Shown here: positions 1 to 9,221 of the stretch, piece by piece
Layout: each line of letters opens with the position of its first letter
How positions within the stretch are numbered: the first letter of the stretch is position 1
Assembly: GCA_965248925.1 (NCBI GenBank)
Contig: CBDFLE010000005.1
Span: forward strand, 544,001 to 608,000
Direction of reading: 5' to 3'
Source of the DNA: Candidatus Multivoradales bacterium
GTDB taxonomy: Bacteria > Acidobacteriota > Thermoanaerobaculia > Multivoradales > J023
Length of the DNA stretch: 64,000 nt
The notes under the pieces: model-generated
The model's database searches: none
Told to the model about the DNA's origin: nothing
The model's input: only the letters and a program-made list of their open reading frames with translations
Made by a program: the position numbers and the translations under genes

Positions 1-587
1 GGCGCCAGAAGCTCGGTATTCCCGCTACCGCGCCAGTGCTCTACTCGATCGGTCGGATGGCGACGAAAAAAGGCTACCAGGTCTTGATCGAGTGCCTCGA
101 AGAGCTTTATTACCGCCATCCAGACCTGCATATCGTGTTGGCTGGCGCCGGAGATCGTCTGGCGGAGTTCCGCCGCGACAGTGAGCCGTGGCGAGAGCGA
201 TTCCACCTGCCTGGGGCGGTGCTGCGCGACACCCTGCCGGACCTTTACCGGGCCGCCGATATCTTTGTCCTACCGGCGATACATGATCCGCAGGGCAACG
301 TCGATGGCTTGCCGAATGTGTTGCTGGAGGCGATGGCCAGCAGCTTGCCGGTGGTGTCGACCAATATTTCCGGTATCCCTTTGGCGATCGACGATGGGGT
401 CGAGGGCTACTTGGTGCAAGAACAGGATCCGGCGGCGCTACTCGATGCTCTGGACCGCACCCTCTCGGACCCCGAGCGGGGCCGGGCGATGGGAGCCGCC
501 GGACGCGCTCGGGTGGAACGCGATTTGACCTGGGACGCCGTCGGCGCGCGCTATCGAGGGGCATATGAGAGGGCGATGGCGGGTTGA
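1..587 (+). CDS. Glycosyltransferase family 4 (GT-B), C-terminal part; 5' end lies outside the window
   Basis: Motifs SIGRM..KKG, ADIFVLP, DGLPNVLLEAMASSLPVVST..SGIP; the frame is open from the window edge. Confidence 0.9.
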   Translation, partial: RQKLGIPATAPVLYSIGRMATKKGYQVLIECLEELYYRHPDLHIVLAGAGDRLAEFRRDSEPWRERFHLPGAVLRDTLPDLYRAADIFVLPAIHDPQGNVDGLPNVLLEAMASSLPVVSTNISGIPLAIDDGVEGYLVQEQDPAALLDALDRTLSDPERGRAMGAAGRARVERDLTWDAVGARYRGAYERAMAG

Positions 588-618
588 GGCCGGCTCGATA
601 GCGCGATAAGGCGCTGCC

Positions 619-1059
619 TTACCGCTCCTCGAGCTGGACTCGCAATCCTTCTTCTCGGGCGGCGGTGATCAGACGCTGATCAAAGGCTAGAAACCCCACC
701 TCGACACGCAGTTCGCGAGCGAAGACGACGGCCGAGGCGAGCTGCACTGCATCGCCCGCGCGCAGCGAGTGGTGGCGCAACAGCACCTGGCTGCATTGGG
801 TAATGTCGCGAGTCAGCTCGACTATGTAGAGTTCTTCGAAATCCGCTGCCACAGCCGCCAACGCGCGATCCCGTTCGACGGCCGAGAACGCTTTCTCACG
901 GCAGCGCCGGGCAAGCGCCGAGGAGATTTCCACCATGCTCAGCCGGGCAGTGGCGACTGACGTCCGACGCATCAGCTGACGCACCTGGTCGCTGCCGGTT
1001 TCTTCCAGGTAGCGTTTGACCAGGGCGCTGGCATCGAGATACCAGATAGAGAGTTTCAG
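619..1059 (-). CDS. vapC: PIN-domain VapC toxin (type II TA), probable CTG start
   Basis: The ORF-track 619..984 frame extends upstream as LKLSIWYLDASALVKRYLEE (PIN N-terminal motif); also LRAGDAVQLASA and FDQRL. CTG at 1059-1057 overlaps the antitoxin TGA. Confidence 0.85.
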   Translation of the reverse strand: MKLSIWYLDASALVKRYLEETGSDQVRQLMRRTSVATARLSMVEISSALARRCREKAFSAVERDRALAAVAADFEELYIVELTRDITQCSQVLLRHHSLRAGDAVQLASAVVFARELRVEVGFLAFDQRLITAAREEGLRVQLEER

Positions 1060-1376
1060 AAGCGGTCCCTTCGGTCCTCGATCACCGCCTCACTCGCCGC
1101 GGCCCCGAGATTTTGCACCGGCTCAAACTCGACCAGTGGGCCACGCTCGCGAATCTCACCCCCCAGAAGACCCCTCGCGGCCAGGCCGGCCAGGGCATAG
1201 GACAGGCCGCCAGACTCGAGGGAGAGCGGTCTGAGTTCGGCTACAGGTCTGCCGCGCTCAGTGACAATCAAGGTCGCGCCTTCGCTGACCTGACGCAGAT
1301 AGGTTCCCAAGCGAGTCTTGAGCTCACGGGCTCCGACGGCGGTCGGCGGATTTGGCAAGTCTGCTGAGTTGTCCAT
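1056..1376 (-). CDS. Phd/YefM-family antitoxin
   Basis: VGARELKTRLGTYLRQVSEGATLIVTERGRPVAELRP; lies directly upstream of the PIN gene. Confidence 0.9.
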   Translation of the reverse strand: MDNSADLPNPPTAVGARELKTRLGTYLRQVSEGATLIVTERGRPVAELRPLSLESGGLSYALAGLAARGLLGGEIRERGPLVEFEPVQNLGAAASEAVIEDRRDRF

Positions 1377-1382
1377 GTGGTC

Positions 1383-1411
1383 ATTGTGGTCGCAAAGACG
1401 CCGAGTGTCAA
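1383..1411 (-). promoter_or_regulatory. Sigma70-type promoter of the TA operon, probably giving a leaderless mRNA
   Basis: Minus strand TTGACA(1411-1406)-17 nt-CACAAT(1388-1383)-6 nt-ATG(1376); a GACCACA direct repeat overlaps -10/+1. Confidence 0.7.
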
Positions 1412-1432
1412 GCCTGGGATCCCGGACTCAGG

Positions 1433-3223
1433 CTAACGGGTGCTCAAGGAGAGGCGCTGCGGCAGGTTACTGCGCAGAATGACCAGCTCCAAAGTCGCTC
1501 CCGGCACCTGCCGTGCGATGTAGGCCCGTAGTTGATCGGCATCGCTCACCGTGCGGCCGTCGACCCGCAGCACGAGGTCATTGACCCGCAGGCCGGCGCG
1601 CTCCCCCGAGCTTGCTGGCTCCACCGTCTGAATCAGCGTGCCGCTGAGCCCGAAGGAGCCGTAGTCGATCGGCGAGAAGCGCAACCCCAGCAGCGCCGGG
1701 ACACCCTTGGTTGAGCCATTGGGCGGCGCCAGAGTTGTTGGCTGGGTGCCTGCCGCTGCCGGCTTTCGGCCCGTCGTTGGGCGGCTGCTGGGTGACGGTG
1801 AGCGCAAGGTGGGGGAAGTTCCTGCACCGCGACGTTCGACAGCTTGCAGGTTCCTTCTCGCGTCCTCGAAATCGGGTTGGATCGACAAGGCTCTCTCGAA
1901 CGACTGGCGGGCGAGGGAATATTCACCGCGGGAGGCATGGAGGCTACCCAGGTTGTTGTGGGCTTCGGCGCGGGTGGGATCTTGAGCAATGGCCTGCTGG
2001 AAGCTGGCCGCCGCCGACTCTATTTCTCCGAGAGCCTGTTGGCAGAGGCCTAGATAGAGCCAAGGATCTACCAGGCTTGGCTGCCAGTCGATGGCCCGCT
2101 GGGCTTGGCGAGCGGAATCTGTATATTGGCCTTGGTCATAGTAGTAGCGCGCCAGTTGAATAGCGGCCGAGATAGCAAACCCGGCGGCGTTCCGTGGATC
2201 CTGGCGAAACACCGTCTCCAGAGCTTCTACCGCACCCCGCGGGTTGCCGAGGCCCCGTTGGGCGATGCCGAGATTGAGCCACAGGCCGGCATTGTCCGGG
2301 TACTTGCCGGTGGCCTCTAGGAGCAGGCCCACCGCGGCGGTCCAATCTTCGGCGTCGAGGTAGGCCAGAGCCAGGTTGTTGAGCACACTGGGGTCATTGG
2401 GTAGAGCGTCGTAGGCGCGACGAAAGGCCGCGGCGGCTTCTTGCTTGCGACCCAGCCGGCGCCGGGTAACTCCTAAATTGGTCCACGCGGAAGCGTTGCC
2501 TGGATCGAGTTCTACGGCCTGGGCAAGAGCGTCCTCGGCCTCGGCATAGAGCTGGCGCGAGTTGAATAAGAAACCTAGATTGGTCAGTGCCAGGGCGCGG
2601 GTCTGCGGACTGACGGACTCGGGTTGCGCAGCAGCTAGCGCCAGCACTTTTTGGAAACCGGCCATGGCTGCCTCGGCATGCTCCTGGTAGAGATCGACCA
2701 GTGCCAGGTTATACAGCGCGGTTGGCTGGTTGGGGAGAGTGTCGAGAGCACTCAGCAGCAGTTGACGAGCAGCTGGCCATTCGCGCTGGCGGATCTTCTC
2801 CAACGCTTGGTTGATTTGCTGGTTGCCACTGCGTTGACGTCGATTCTCGGCAAGTTGCCGCGCTTCAATAAAGAGATCACGGAAGCCGTCACTGTAGAGT
2901 TCGGCGCGGAACGGCGTCTCGGGGAGCAGCTCTAGAGCCTTGGCGAGAGTTTCAGTCGCGCCGCGGTCGTAGTTGGATAGATGCTCGATCCAGGCGATAG
3001 TCATCCAGACTCGCACTTTCTCGGTGGCTGCCGGCAGACGGTCGGCGAGTTGGCGATAGAGAGCGATCGCTCCGGCCAAGTCGTCTTCCTCGAAGCGGCC
3101 CTCAGCGAGCCGTTCGAGATCCGCGGTGGCGGTGGTTTGCGCCTTGCTCCAGGTCGGTAGCAGACAGCTGCCAACCACCAGCAGCAATGCTCCCAGGCTT
3201 TTGCAGAATTGGCTAGTTCTCAT
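1433..3223 (-). CDS. Exported TPR-repeat protein with C-terminal PDZ domain
   Basis: Signal-like N-terminus (MRTSQ...LLLVVGSCLLPTWSKA), many TPRs (AWTNLGV, AHNNLGSL), Pro/Ser/Thr linker, PDZ motif (VEPASSGERAGLRVNDLVLRVDG). Confidence 0.85.
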   Translation of the reverse strand: MRTSQFCKSLGALLLVVGSCLLPTWSKAQTTATADLERLAEGRFEEDDLAGAIALYRQLADRLPAATEKVRVWMTIAWIEHLSNYDRGATETLAKALELLPETPFRAELYSDGFRDLFIEARQLAENRRQRSGNQQINQALEKIRQREWPAARQLLLSALDTLPNQPTALYNLALVDLYQEHAEAAMAGFQKVLALAAAQPESVSPQTRALALTNLGFLFNSRQLYAEAEDALAQAVELDPGNASAWTNLGVTRRRLGRKQEAAAAFRRAYDALPNDPSVLNNLALAYLDAEDWTAAVGLLLEATGKYPDNAGLWLNLGIAQRGLGNPRGAVEALETVFRQDPRNAAGFAISAAIQLARYYYDQGQYTDSARQAQRAIDWQPSLVDPWLYLGLCQQALGEIESAAASFQQAIAQDPTRAEAHNNLGSLHASRGEYSLARQSFERALSIQPDFEDARRNLQAVERRGAGTSPTLRSPSPSSRPTTGRKPAAAGTQPTTLAPPNGSTKGVPALLGLRFSPIDYGSFGLSGTLIQTVEPASSGERAGLRVNDLVLRVDGRTVSDADQLRAYIARQVPGATLELVILRSNLPQRLSLSTR

Positions 3224-3287
3224 CACATTTCCGGTCGCTAAGTAGTAGGGCCCCCCCCCGGCACAGATTCGGCCGGAGTCCGCCCGC

Positions 3288-5246
3288 CTAAGGCTGCAAT
3301 GCTTTGCTGCGCACGGTCGGCTCAAGCCCGCTTTCTAGATCAAAGGTAACGATGGTTTCCCGGCCCGACTCCACCGCCACCGCCTGGGTCTGGTGTTTGC
3401 CGGTGCCTGCACTGAGCGGGCGGATCTCCACCAGGTAATGGGCGGGCGCCAACCAGAGGTGGCTGACGGGACTAGGTAGCGAATCAGCTCCGTTGATGGA
3501 GACTTGCCCTTGTGGCCGGCCGGGGCGGGCACGCACGCTTAGCGCACCCGGCTGAGCGATGGGCGAGGCTCTGCTCAGCCGCTCACCCTCGCCGAGGCGC
3601 ACCAGGACTTCCTCAGCCGTGGAGTAGTGTGCCGTTCTGAGGTTGAAGTTCAGTCGGTAGGTGCCAGGATTGAGCTCGAACACACGTTGACGGGTAAGAG
3701 GATGCAGCCTTCCGGCGCGGCCGAAACGAACGGTCATCGCGTCAGTCCAGGCAACGGCCGGTACGATCAAAGTTGCCTTGGCCGGGGTTCTGGGTTCGTT
3801 CGCTGTAGGAGTTGCAGGCTGCTCGGTCGCTCCGGTTGTCGCCACCCCTGCTTCGGTGGCACCTCTACGGCCTGTCGGTACCTCTGCCGAGTCAGGCCCG
3901 CCGGCGGTAGGTGAAGGTGTGGAGGTCGCATTGACCGCTTGCGACTGCTCGGAACTCGGCCGGCCGCCGCCATTTGCTAGGCTACGATCGGCGGCGGCCG
4001 CTATCCCAGAGCTGGCTTCTGCTGCTGAGTCTCTGTGTTCGAGCGTCTGGCGGTCGGCGGCGCCCGAGGTTGCGCTTAGTGTTGTCGCCGTGGGACCAGG
4101 GTGCTTCTCGGCTGGCGCCGACAGTGCTAACCAGCCTCGTTCGATAGCGATCTGGCGTAGTCTTGGCGACTGCCAACCAAGGGCGGCAGCAGCTGCGGCT
4201 GCCAACAAAAGTGCGGTCCACAAGGCTCGGCGCCGGGGCTTGGCAGCGGCGTGGAAAGAGCTACCGCCGGCAGCCGCTGCGGCCGGATCGAGAACTATCT
4301 GATCGAGGCGCTCGTCGGAGGACTGGCTTGCGACTTCTGATGCAGGCGGTGGTGAGCTTTCGCGGTGGGCGGCGATGGTGGTGAGGGCGCTGGTATCTAT
4401 GGAGCGAGTCTCGTGCACCACGCGGCCCTGGCGCTGCATTTGCTCTAGCTGCTCAAGCAGCTCGCGGCCATTGCAAAAACGGCTCTTGGGGTCCTTGGCA
4501 AGGCACCGCTCGATTAGCTGTGCCATCGGTTTTGGCACCTCAGGACGTTGCTCTTCGACCCGTGGTGGTCGTTGGTGCAGAATTTGGTAGAGCACGGCTG
4601 AAATCTGCTCGCCCTTAAAGGGGCGTTGACCGACGATCAGCTCGTAAGCGGTGACGCCGAACGAGAAGATGTCGGTCGCGTCGCTGACACTGTTGCCTTG
4701 AATCTGCTCCGGCGCTAAGTAGGCGGCGGTGCCGAGGGTCATTCCGACTTCGGTAAGACCACTCTGCTGCTGGGCGAGTTTGGCGATTCCAAAGTCCAAG
4801 ATCTTTGCCGTGCCGTCGTCCAGAATCCTGATATTGGCCGGTTTGATGTCGCGATGGATGACTCCTTTTCTGTGGGCATGGGCCAAACCACGGGCGACTT
4901 GCAGCAGATAATAGAGCTGTTCCGGGAAGGGTAGAAAATCTCGCCGCTGTATCTTGTGGTCGAGATCCTCACCGCTGAGGTATTCCTGCACCAAATAGGG
5001 CCAGTCCTCGGCGATTCCGAAGTCATAGACAGTGGTGATGTTGCGATGGGCGAGGCGACCAGCAATCTCAGCTTCCTGGAAGAAGCGCTGGCGAATCTCA
5101 GGGTTGTCCGAATGGCAAGTCTTGACGGCTACGAAGCGCTTGATGAAAGGGTCGCGAGCTTTGAAGACAGCACCAAACCCACCAGCGCCTATTTGCTCGA
5201 TGATCTCGTACTTACCAATCTTTCGCGGGGTTTCTCTAGCTGCCAT
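3288..5246 (-). CDS. Membrane-anchored Hanks-type Ser/Thr protein kinase with PEGA-like extracellular domains
   Basis: GAGGFG, AVK, HRDIKPAN, DFG, APE; TM helix (ALWTALLLAAAAAAALGW); low-complexity linker; beta-rich C-terminus. Confidence 0.9.
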   Translation of the reverse strand: MAARETPRKIGKYEIIEQIGAGGFGAVFKARDPFIKRFVAVKTCHSDNPEIRQRFFQEAEIAGRLAHRNITTVYDFGIAEDWPYLVQEYLSGEDLDHKIQRRDFLPFPEQLYYLLQVARGLAHAHRKGVIHRDIKPANIRILDDGTAKILDFGIAKLAQQQSGLTEVGMTLGTAAYLAPEQIQGNSVSDATDIFSFGVTAYELIVGQRPFKGEQISAVLYQILHQRPPRVEEQRPEVPKPMAQLIERCLAKDPKSRFCNGRELLEQLEQMQRQGRVVHETRSIDTSALTTIAAHRESSPPPASEVASQSSDERLDQIVLDPAAAAAGGSSFHAAAKPRRRALWTALLLAAAAAAALGWQSPRLRQIAIERGWLALSAPAEKHPGPTATTLSATSGAADRQTLEHRDSAAEASSGIAAAADRSLANGGGRPSSEQSQAVNATSTPSPTAGGPDSAEVPTGRRGATEAGVATTGATEQPATPTANEPRTPAKATLIVPAVAWTDAMTVRFGRAGRLHPLTRQRVFELNPGTYRLNFNLRTAHYSTAEEVLVRLGEGERLSRASPIAQPGALSVRARPGRPQGQVSINGADSLPSPVSHLWLAPAHYLVEIRPLSAGTGKHQTQAVAVESGRETIVTFDLESGLEPTVRSKALQP

Positions 5247-5300
5247 GAAGAGTACGTCCAAGGATCCGAGTACATGCTAGCACGGTGCCGAGGCTGGCCT

Positions 5301-6887
5301 TCACGGGTCGCTGCCGACCCGAGCCTGATCGATGCGAGCCCGCAGCGGATCGGCTGCGTCGAATTCCCCTAGCAGCTCGACGGCGAAGCGTAGTGCTTGC
5401 GCCGCGGTGCTCGGGTCGCCATCGGCTAGCAAACGCTCGATCGAGGCAACCGCTTCGTTCTGCCGGCGGCGGTTGGTGTTGCCAGGATCAGGTTCGGCGA
5501 GGGCTTCGTTGCGCAATTCATCAATGGCTCGCCGGCCAGCAGTATTGCGCGGGTCGAGTTCCTCGATCCAGCCCGCAAGATCCTCAGCTACCACCAAGGG
5601 AAGGCGGCGGCTTCCGCGGAGATGGGCTAGGGTACCGGCGAGACGAACCGCTTGCCGGGCACCGTCCTCGCGCACCGTATCGAGTTGTTGCGCCAGTGCT
5701 GCCCGAGCCAGACCGCGCAAGTGAACGATGGCGGTGGCGAGGTCGGCGTCAAGGGTCGCTGCCAAGCGCATGTTGGCCGCGGCTCGACCGAGGTGCCCTT
5801 TCACCAGCCGATCCTCGATCAGGGCCACGGTGGCGGCGGAACCGCAGTCGGCCGAGGCAGTGGGTAGCGAGGGGGCCGGTGGTGCGCTGGCGGCCCCGGT
5901 CCAGAAGCTCTCTAGCAGACGTTCCGCTTCGGCTTGGCCAGGCTCAATCTCGAGTACCTCTCGCAGCATCACCTCGGCCCGCTTGGCTTTGCCCTCATTC
6001 AGCAGTTGGCGGGCCCGCTGTAGCAGACCGCGAACTTGCACAGAATGTTCACTGGCCGCCTCACTCTCGACCAGGGGCAAGCGAGTGCTTGCGGTGTGCT
6101 CGGTGCGAAAAGCCTCTAAGGCTGCCAACAACTCGCTGCTGGCGGAATACCGCTGTTCCGGGTCCTTGCGTAGACAGCGCTCAATTACTTTCGCCAAGTC
6201 CGCGGGACAGTCAGTGAGCCGTTGCGGCTCGGATTCCAACAGAGCGTCGATCAGAGCAGGTATGTTGCGGCCGACGAATGGACGGCGGAAGGTGATCAGC
6301 TCGTAGGCCAGCACGCCGGTGGAGAAGATATCGGATCGCGGGCTGCCGGGCTCTCCCAGTAGGCGCTCGGGTGGCAAATAGGCGACGGTACCCAAGGTCA
6401 TGCCCGCTTGGGTGAGCTGGCTGTCGACCGCCGACAGTTTGGCGGTGCCGAAGTCCATGATCTTGACCAGGCCACTATCCAGCACCCTGATATTGCTCGG
6501 TTTGATGTCGCGGTGAATCACTCCTTGGCCGTGAGCATGCGCGAGGCCGCGCACGATCTGGGTGAGGATGTCGATCTTCTCTTCCAGAAATGCTGGTTCC
6601 TGGCGGCGAATCTGCTGAGCTAGATCTTCGCCTGGCAGATATTCCTCAACCAGGTAGGGCCTCTGACCCTCAAGTCCGAAATCGTAGACCGCGGTGATGT
6701 TGCGATGGGCGAGGCGGCCGGCGATCTCGGCTTCGCGATAGAACCTCTTGCGGGTCTCGGCATCGTTCGCGAGGCAAATCTTGATCGCCACCGGTCGCTT
6801 GATGAAGGGATCGTAGCCCTTGTAGACCACCGCGAAGCCACCGACGCCGATTTTCTCTAGGACTTTGTACTTGCCGATGTTTTGCAT
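5301..6887 (-). CDS. Soluble Hanks-type Ser/Thr protein kinase with helical/TPR-like C-terminus
   Basis: Start MQNIGKY; GVGGFA, AIK, HRDIKPSN, DFG, LPPE; no TM segment seen. Confidence 0.9.
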   Translation of the reverse strand: MQNIGKYKVLEKIGVGGFAVVYKGYDPFIKRPVAIKICLANDAETRKRFYREAEIAGRLAHRNITAVYDFGLEGQRPYLVEEYLPGEDLAQQIRRQEPAFLEEKIDILTQIVRGLAHAHGQGVIHRDIKPSNIRVLDSGLVKIMDFGTAKLSAVDSQLTQAGMTLGTVAYLPPERLLGEPGSPRSDIFSTGVLAYELITFRRPFVGRNIPALIDALLESEPQRLTDCPADLAKVIERCLRKDPEQRYSASSELLAALEAFRTEHTASTRLPLVESEAASEHSVQVRGLLQRARQLLNEGKAKRAEVMLREVLEIEPGQAEAERLLESFWTGAASAPPAPSLPTASADCGSAATVALIEDRLVKGHLGRAAANMRLAATLDADLATAIVHLRGLARAALAQQLDTVREDGARQAVRLAGTLAHLRGSRRLPLVVAEDLAGWIEELDPRNTAGRRAIDELRNEALAEPDPGNTNRRRQNEAVASIERLLADGDPSTAAQALRFAVELLGEFDAADPLRARIDQARVGSDP

Positions 6888-6961
6888 GAGGTGTGCAGGC
6901 CGGCGGGCGAGCTGGGAAAGGTAAATCCTACCACCATGGGAGCTAGGTCGGGCGGACCCGT

Positions 6962-6989
6962 TTGCCATCCAGGCGCTAAGTGCTACAGT
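6962..6989 (+). promoter_or_regulatory. Putative sigma70 promoter of the threonine synthase-like gene
   Basis: TTGCCA-16 nt-TACAGT with extended TG, 9 nt before ATG 6999. Confidence 0.45.
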
Positions 6990-6998
6990 TTCGCGATC

Positions 6999-8162
6999 AT
7001 GTCGCAACTTACTGCCGAATCGTCCTGGGCACGCCATCTCCGCTGCTCTGTGAGCGCAGACACGGCGCCGCTCAAGCAGCTCGCTACCCTCTCTCCCGAG
7101 GGCGCTCCATGGTTGGTTAGCTATGAGCTGGACAAGGCAAAGGGTCGGCACCTACGGGCAGCGCTCAGCACCCGGCCCTGGTCCCTGTGGCGCTACCAAG
7201 AGCTGTTGCCGTTGACAGATTTCGCGGCGCGGATTGACCTTGGCGAGGGCGCCACGCCTCTTTTCTCGCTACGCGCCGGGGCGCCTGCCGGGGTCGAGGT
7301 GTTGATCAAGCAAGAAGGCGGCAATCCCACCGGTTCATTCAAGGATCGGGGTTTGTCGTTGGCGGTCAATCGAGCGCGCGAGCTGGGGGCGGTTGGAGTG
7401 GAACTAGCCAGTGCCGGCAATGCCGCGCTGGCACTGGCGGCCTATGCTGCGGCTGGTGGCTTGGCGGCCCGCGTCGCACTGCCAGTGTGTACGCCAGCTG
7501 AAGTCGAGCGACGCTGCCGCTTGCTGGGCGCTGAAGTGCTCTGCGATGGGGCCAACCTGGTGCAATCTGCGGCCCTCTTGGCAGCGGAGCCGAGCGGCTA
7601 TTTCGGTGTCTCGACCTTCCGTGAGCCCTACCGGGTCGAAGGTAAGAAGACCCTGGGGCTGGAGATCGCCGAACAGTTGGACTGGCGGCTGCCCGATTGG
7701 CTGGTCTATCCGACCGGTGGCGGCACTGGCGTGGTCGGCATGGCCAAAGCTTTCGACGAACTCGAACAACTCGGTTTGATCGGTCCTCAACGTCCCCGCT
7801 GGGCGGTGGTGCAAATGGCCGGCTGTGCCCCCTTGGTGCGCGCGTTCGATGCTGGTGCCGAGCGCGCCGAGCCGTGGCAAGATCCTGACACTTTGGTCTG
7901 GGGCCTGCGGGTTCCCAAGTCACTGGCGGATTTCATGATCCTAAAAACCCTGGCCAAAAGCGACGGGGTAGCGCTGGCCATGGATGAGAACAAGCTCGAC
8001 GAGGCCCAGCACCGATTGGCGCGCGACTGCGGCTTGATTTTCGGCCCTGAAGGCGCCGCCTGCATGATGGCGGTGGAGGAGCTAGCGCGGCGCGGCGAGA
8101 TTCGCCGAGGGCAGCGGGTGGTGGTGTTCCAGACTGGCAACCCGTCGAGCTATGGCGATTGA
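6999..8162 (+). CDS. thrC: Threonine synthase-like PLP enzyme (fold type II)
   Basis: SLWRYQELLP, LGEGATPL, NPTGSFKDRG (PLP Lys), EPYRVEGKKT, YPTGGGTG. Confidence 0.8.
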   Translation: MSQLTAESSWARHLRCSVSADTAPLKQLATLSPEGAPWLVSYELDKAKGRHLRAALSTRPWSLWRYQELLPLTDFAARIDLGEGATPLFSLRAGAPAGVEVLIKQEGGNPTGSFKDRGLSLAVNRARELGAVGVELASAGNAALALAAYAAAGGLAARVALPVCTPAEVERRCRLLGAEVLCDGANLVQSAALLAAEPSGYFGVSTFREPYRVEGKKTLGLEIAEQLDWRLPDWLVYPTGGGTGVVGMAKAFDELEQLGLIGPQRPRWAVVQMAGCAPLVRAFDAGAERAEPWQDPDTLVWGLRVPKSLADFMILKTLAKSDGVALAMDENKLDEAQHRLARDCGLIFGPEGAACMMAVEELARRGEIRRGQRVVVFQTGNPSSYGD

Positions 8163-8204
8163 ATCTCTAGTCGGCGCAAACCAGCCCACTCAAGGAGCCC
8201 TCGC

Positions 8205-9122
8205 TCAGGCCCTTGCAGCGCCGAAGAAGCGGTAGCCGAGGCATTTGTAGATTAGCTTGGCGGCCATGAAATCGCTCGCAGGCTGGCCGATATGTGGAGC
8301 TAGTTCGACCACGTCCATGGCGACCACTTCCTTCTGCTCGAAGACTCGCCGCAGCAGTCTCAAAGTCGGGTACCAACCGCCGCCTCCGGGTTCAGGAGTA
8401 CCGGTCGACGGTAGGATCGATGGATCGAAGTAGTCGAGGTCGAAGGTCAAATAGAGGTGAGGCGGTAGCCGCTCTAGGACTTCGTCGATCAACTCGTCCG
8501 CCCGCCGCAACTCACTGCCCCAGATCACCGGCAGATTTCGCTCTTCGATCAACTTCGCTTCCGCCGCCGACAGCGAGCGCACGCCGATTGCTGCCGTCGA
8601 TAGCTGGAGATCGAGCAAGCGGCGCATAACACAGGCGTGGCTGTGCGGGCTGCCCGCATAGGTTTGCCGCAGGTCGGCATGGGCGTCAAATTGCAGTACG
8701 CCGATCCCCGGCTCCTGGGCCAAGGCGGCGCGTACGGTTGCCAAGGTCAAGCTGTGTTCGCCGCCGAGAGTCAGCAGCCACTTGCCGGCCTGCAAGTGGG
8801 ACTTGGCGGCAGCCTCTATTTCTGCGATGGCATCAGCCATGCGGGCGGCCGCGGGGGCCAGCAGTGGCAAGGTGTGGATACCAGCCTTGACCGGTTCGAG
8901 GCCCAGTTCCTGATCCCACAGCTCAACCTGAGAAGAGGCCGCGAGAATTGCTGCCGGGCCCGCAGCGGTGCCTCGTCCATAGGAGGTGGTGCGCTCGAAT
9001 GCAAGCGGTAGAAGCACCGCCCGAGCCTCCTGGTAGGAACACTGTGGAGCATCGTCACCGAGGAATACTGGCGCCCCGGCATCCTCGGCGGCCGGTTCGA
9101 CAGTAGGAGGTGAGGAGGGCAT
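8205..9122 (-). CDS. speB: Agmatinase (ureohydrolase family)
   Basis: TTSYGRGT..GP, GGEHS, FDAHADLR, TFDLDYFDPS..P.TGTPEPGG; start MPSSPP at 9122. Confidence 0.9.
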   Translation of the reverse strand: MPSSPPTVEPAAEDAGAPVFLGDDAPQCSYQEARAVLLPLAFERTTSYGRGTAAGPAAILAASSQVELWDQELGLEPVKAGIHTLPLLAPAAARMADAIAEIEAAAKSHLQAGKWLLTLGGEHSLTLATVRAALAQEPGIGVLQFDAHADLRQTYAGSPHSHACVMRRLLDLQLSTAAIGVRSLSAAEAKLIEERNLPVIWGSELRRADELIDEVLERLPPHLYLTFDLDYFDPSILPSTGTPEPGGGGWYPTLRLLRRVFEQKEVVAMDVVELAPHIGQPASDFMAAKLIYKCLGYRFFGAARA

Positions 9123-9221
9123 TTGGCGGCAGGCTAACAGATTGACGGAGCGCTTTACGTCTCTACCGAGCAGAGCCCGGTCCAGGGAGGCCGGGCTGCC
9201 ATCTAATTTGGAGACGGAACG

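Noticed and set aside
6888-7151. N-terminal extensions of the kinase (to 7151) and of thrC (from 6882) implying overlapping divergent genes
   Set aside because: Family motifs start at 6887 and 6999 respectively; the extensions are open-frame artefacts of high GC
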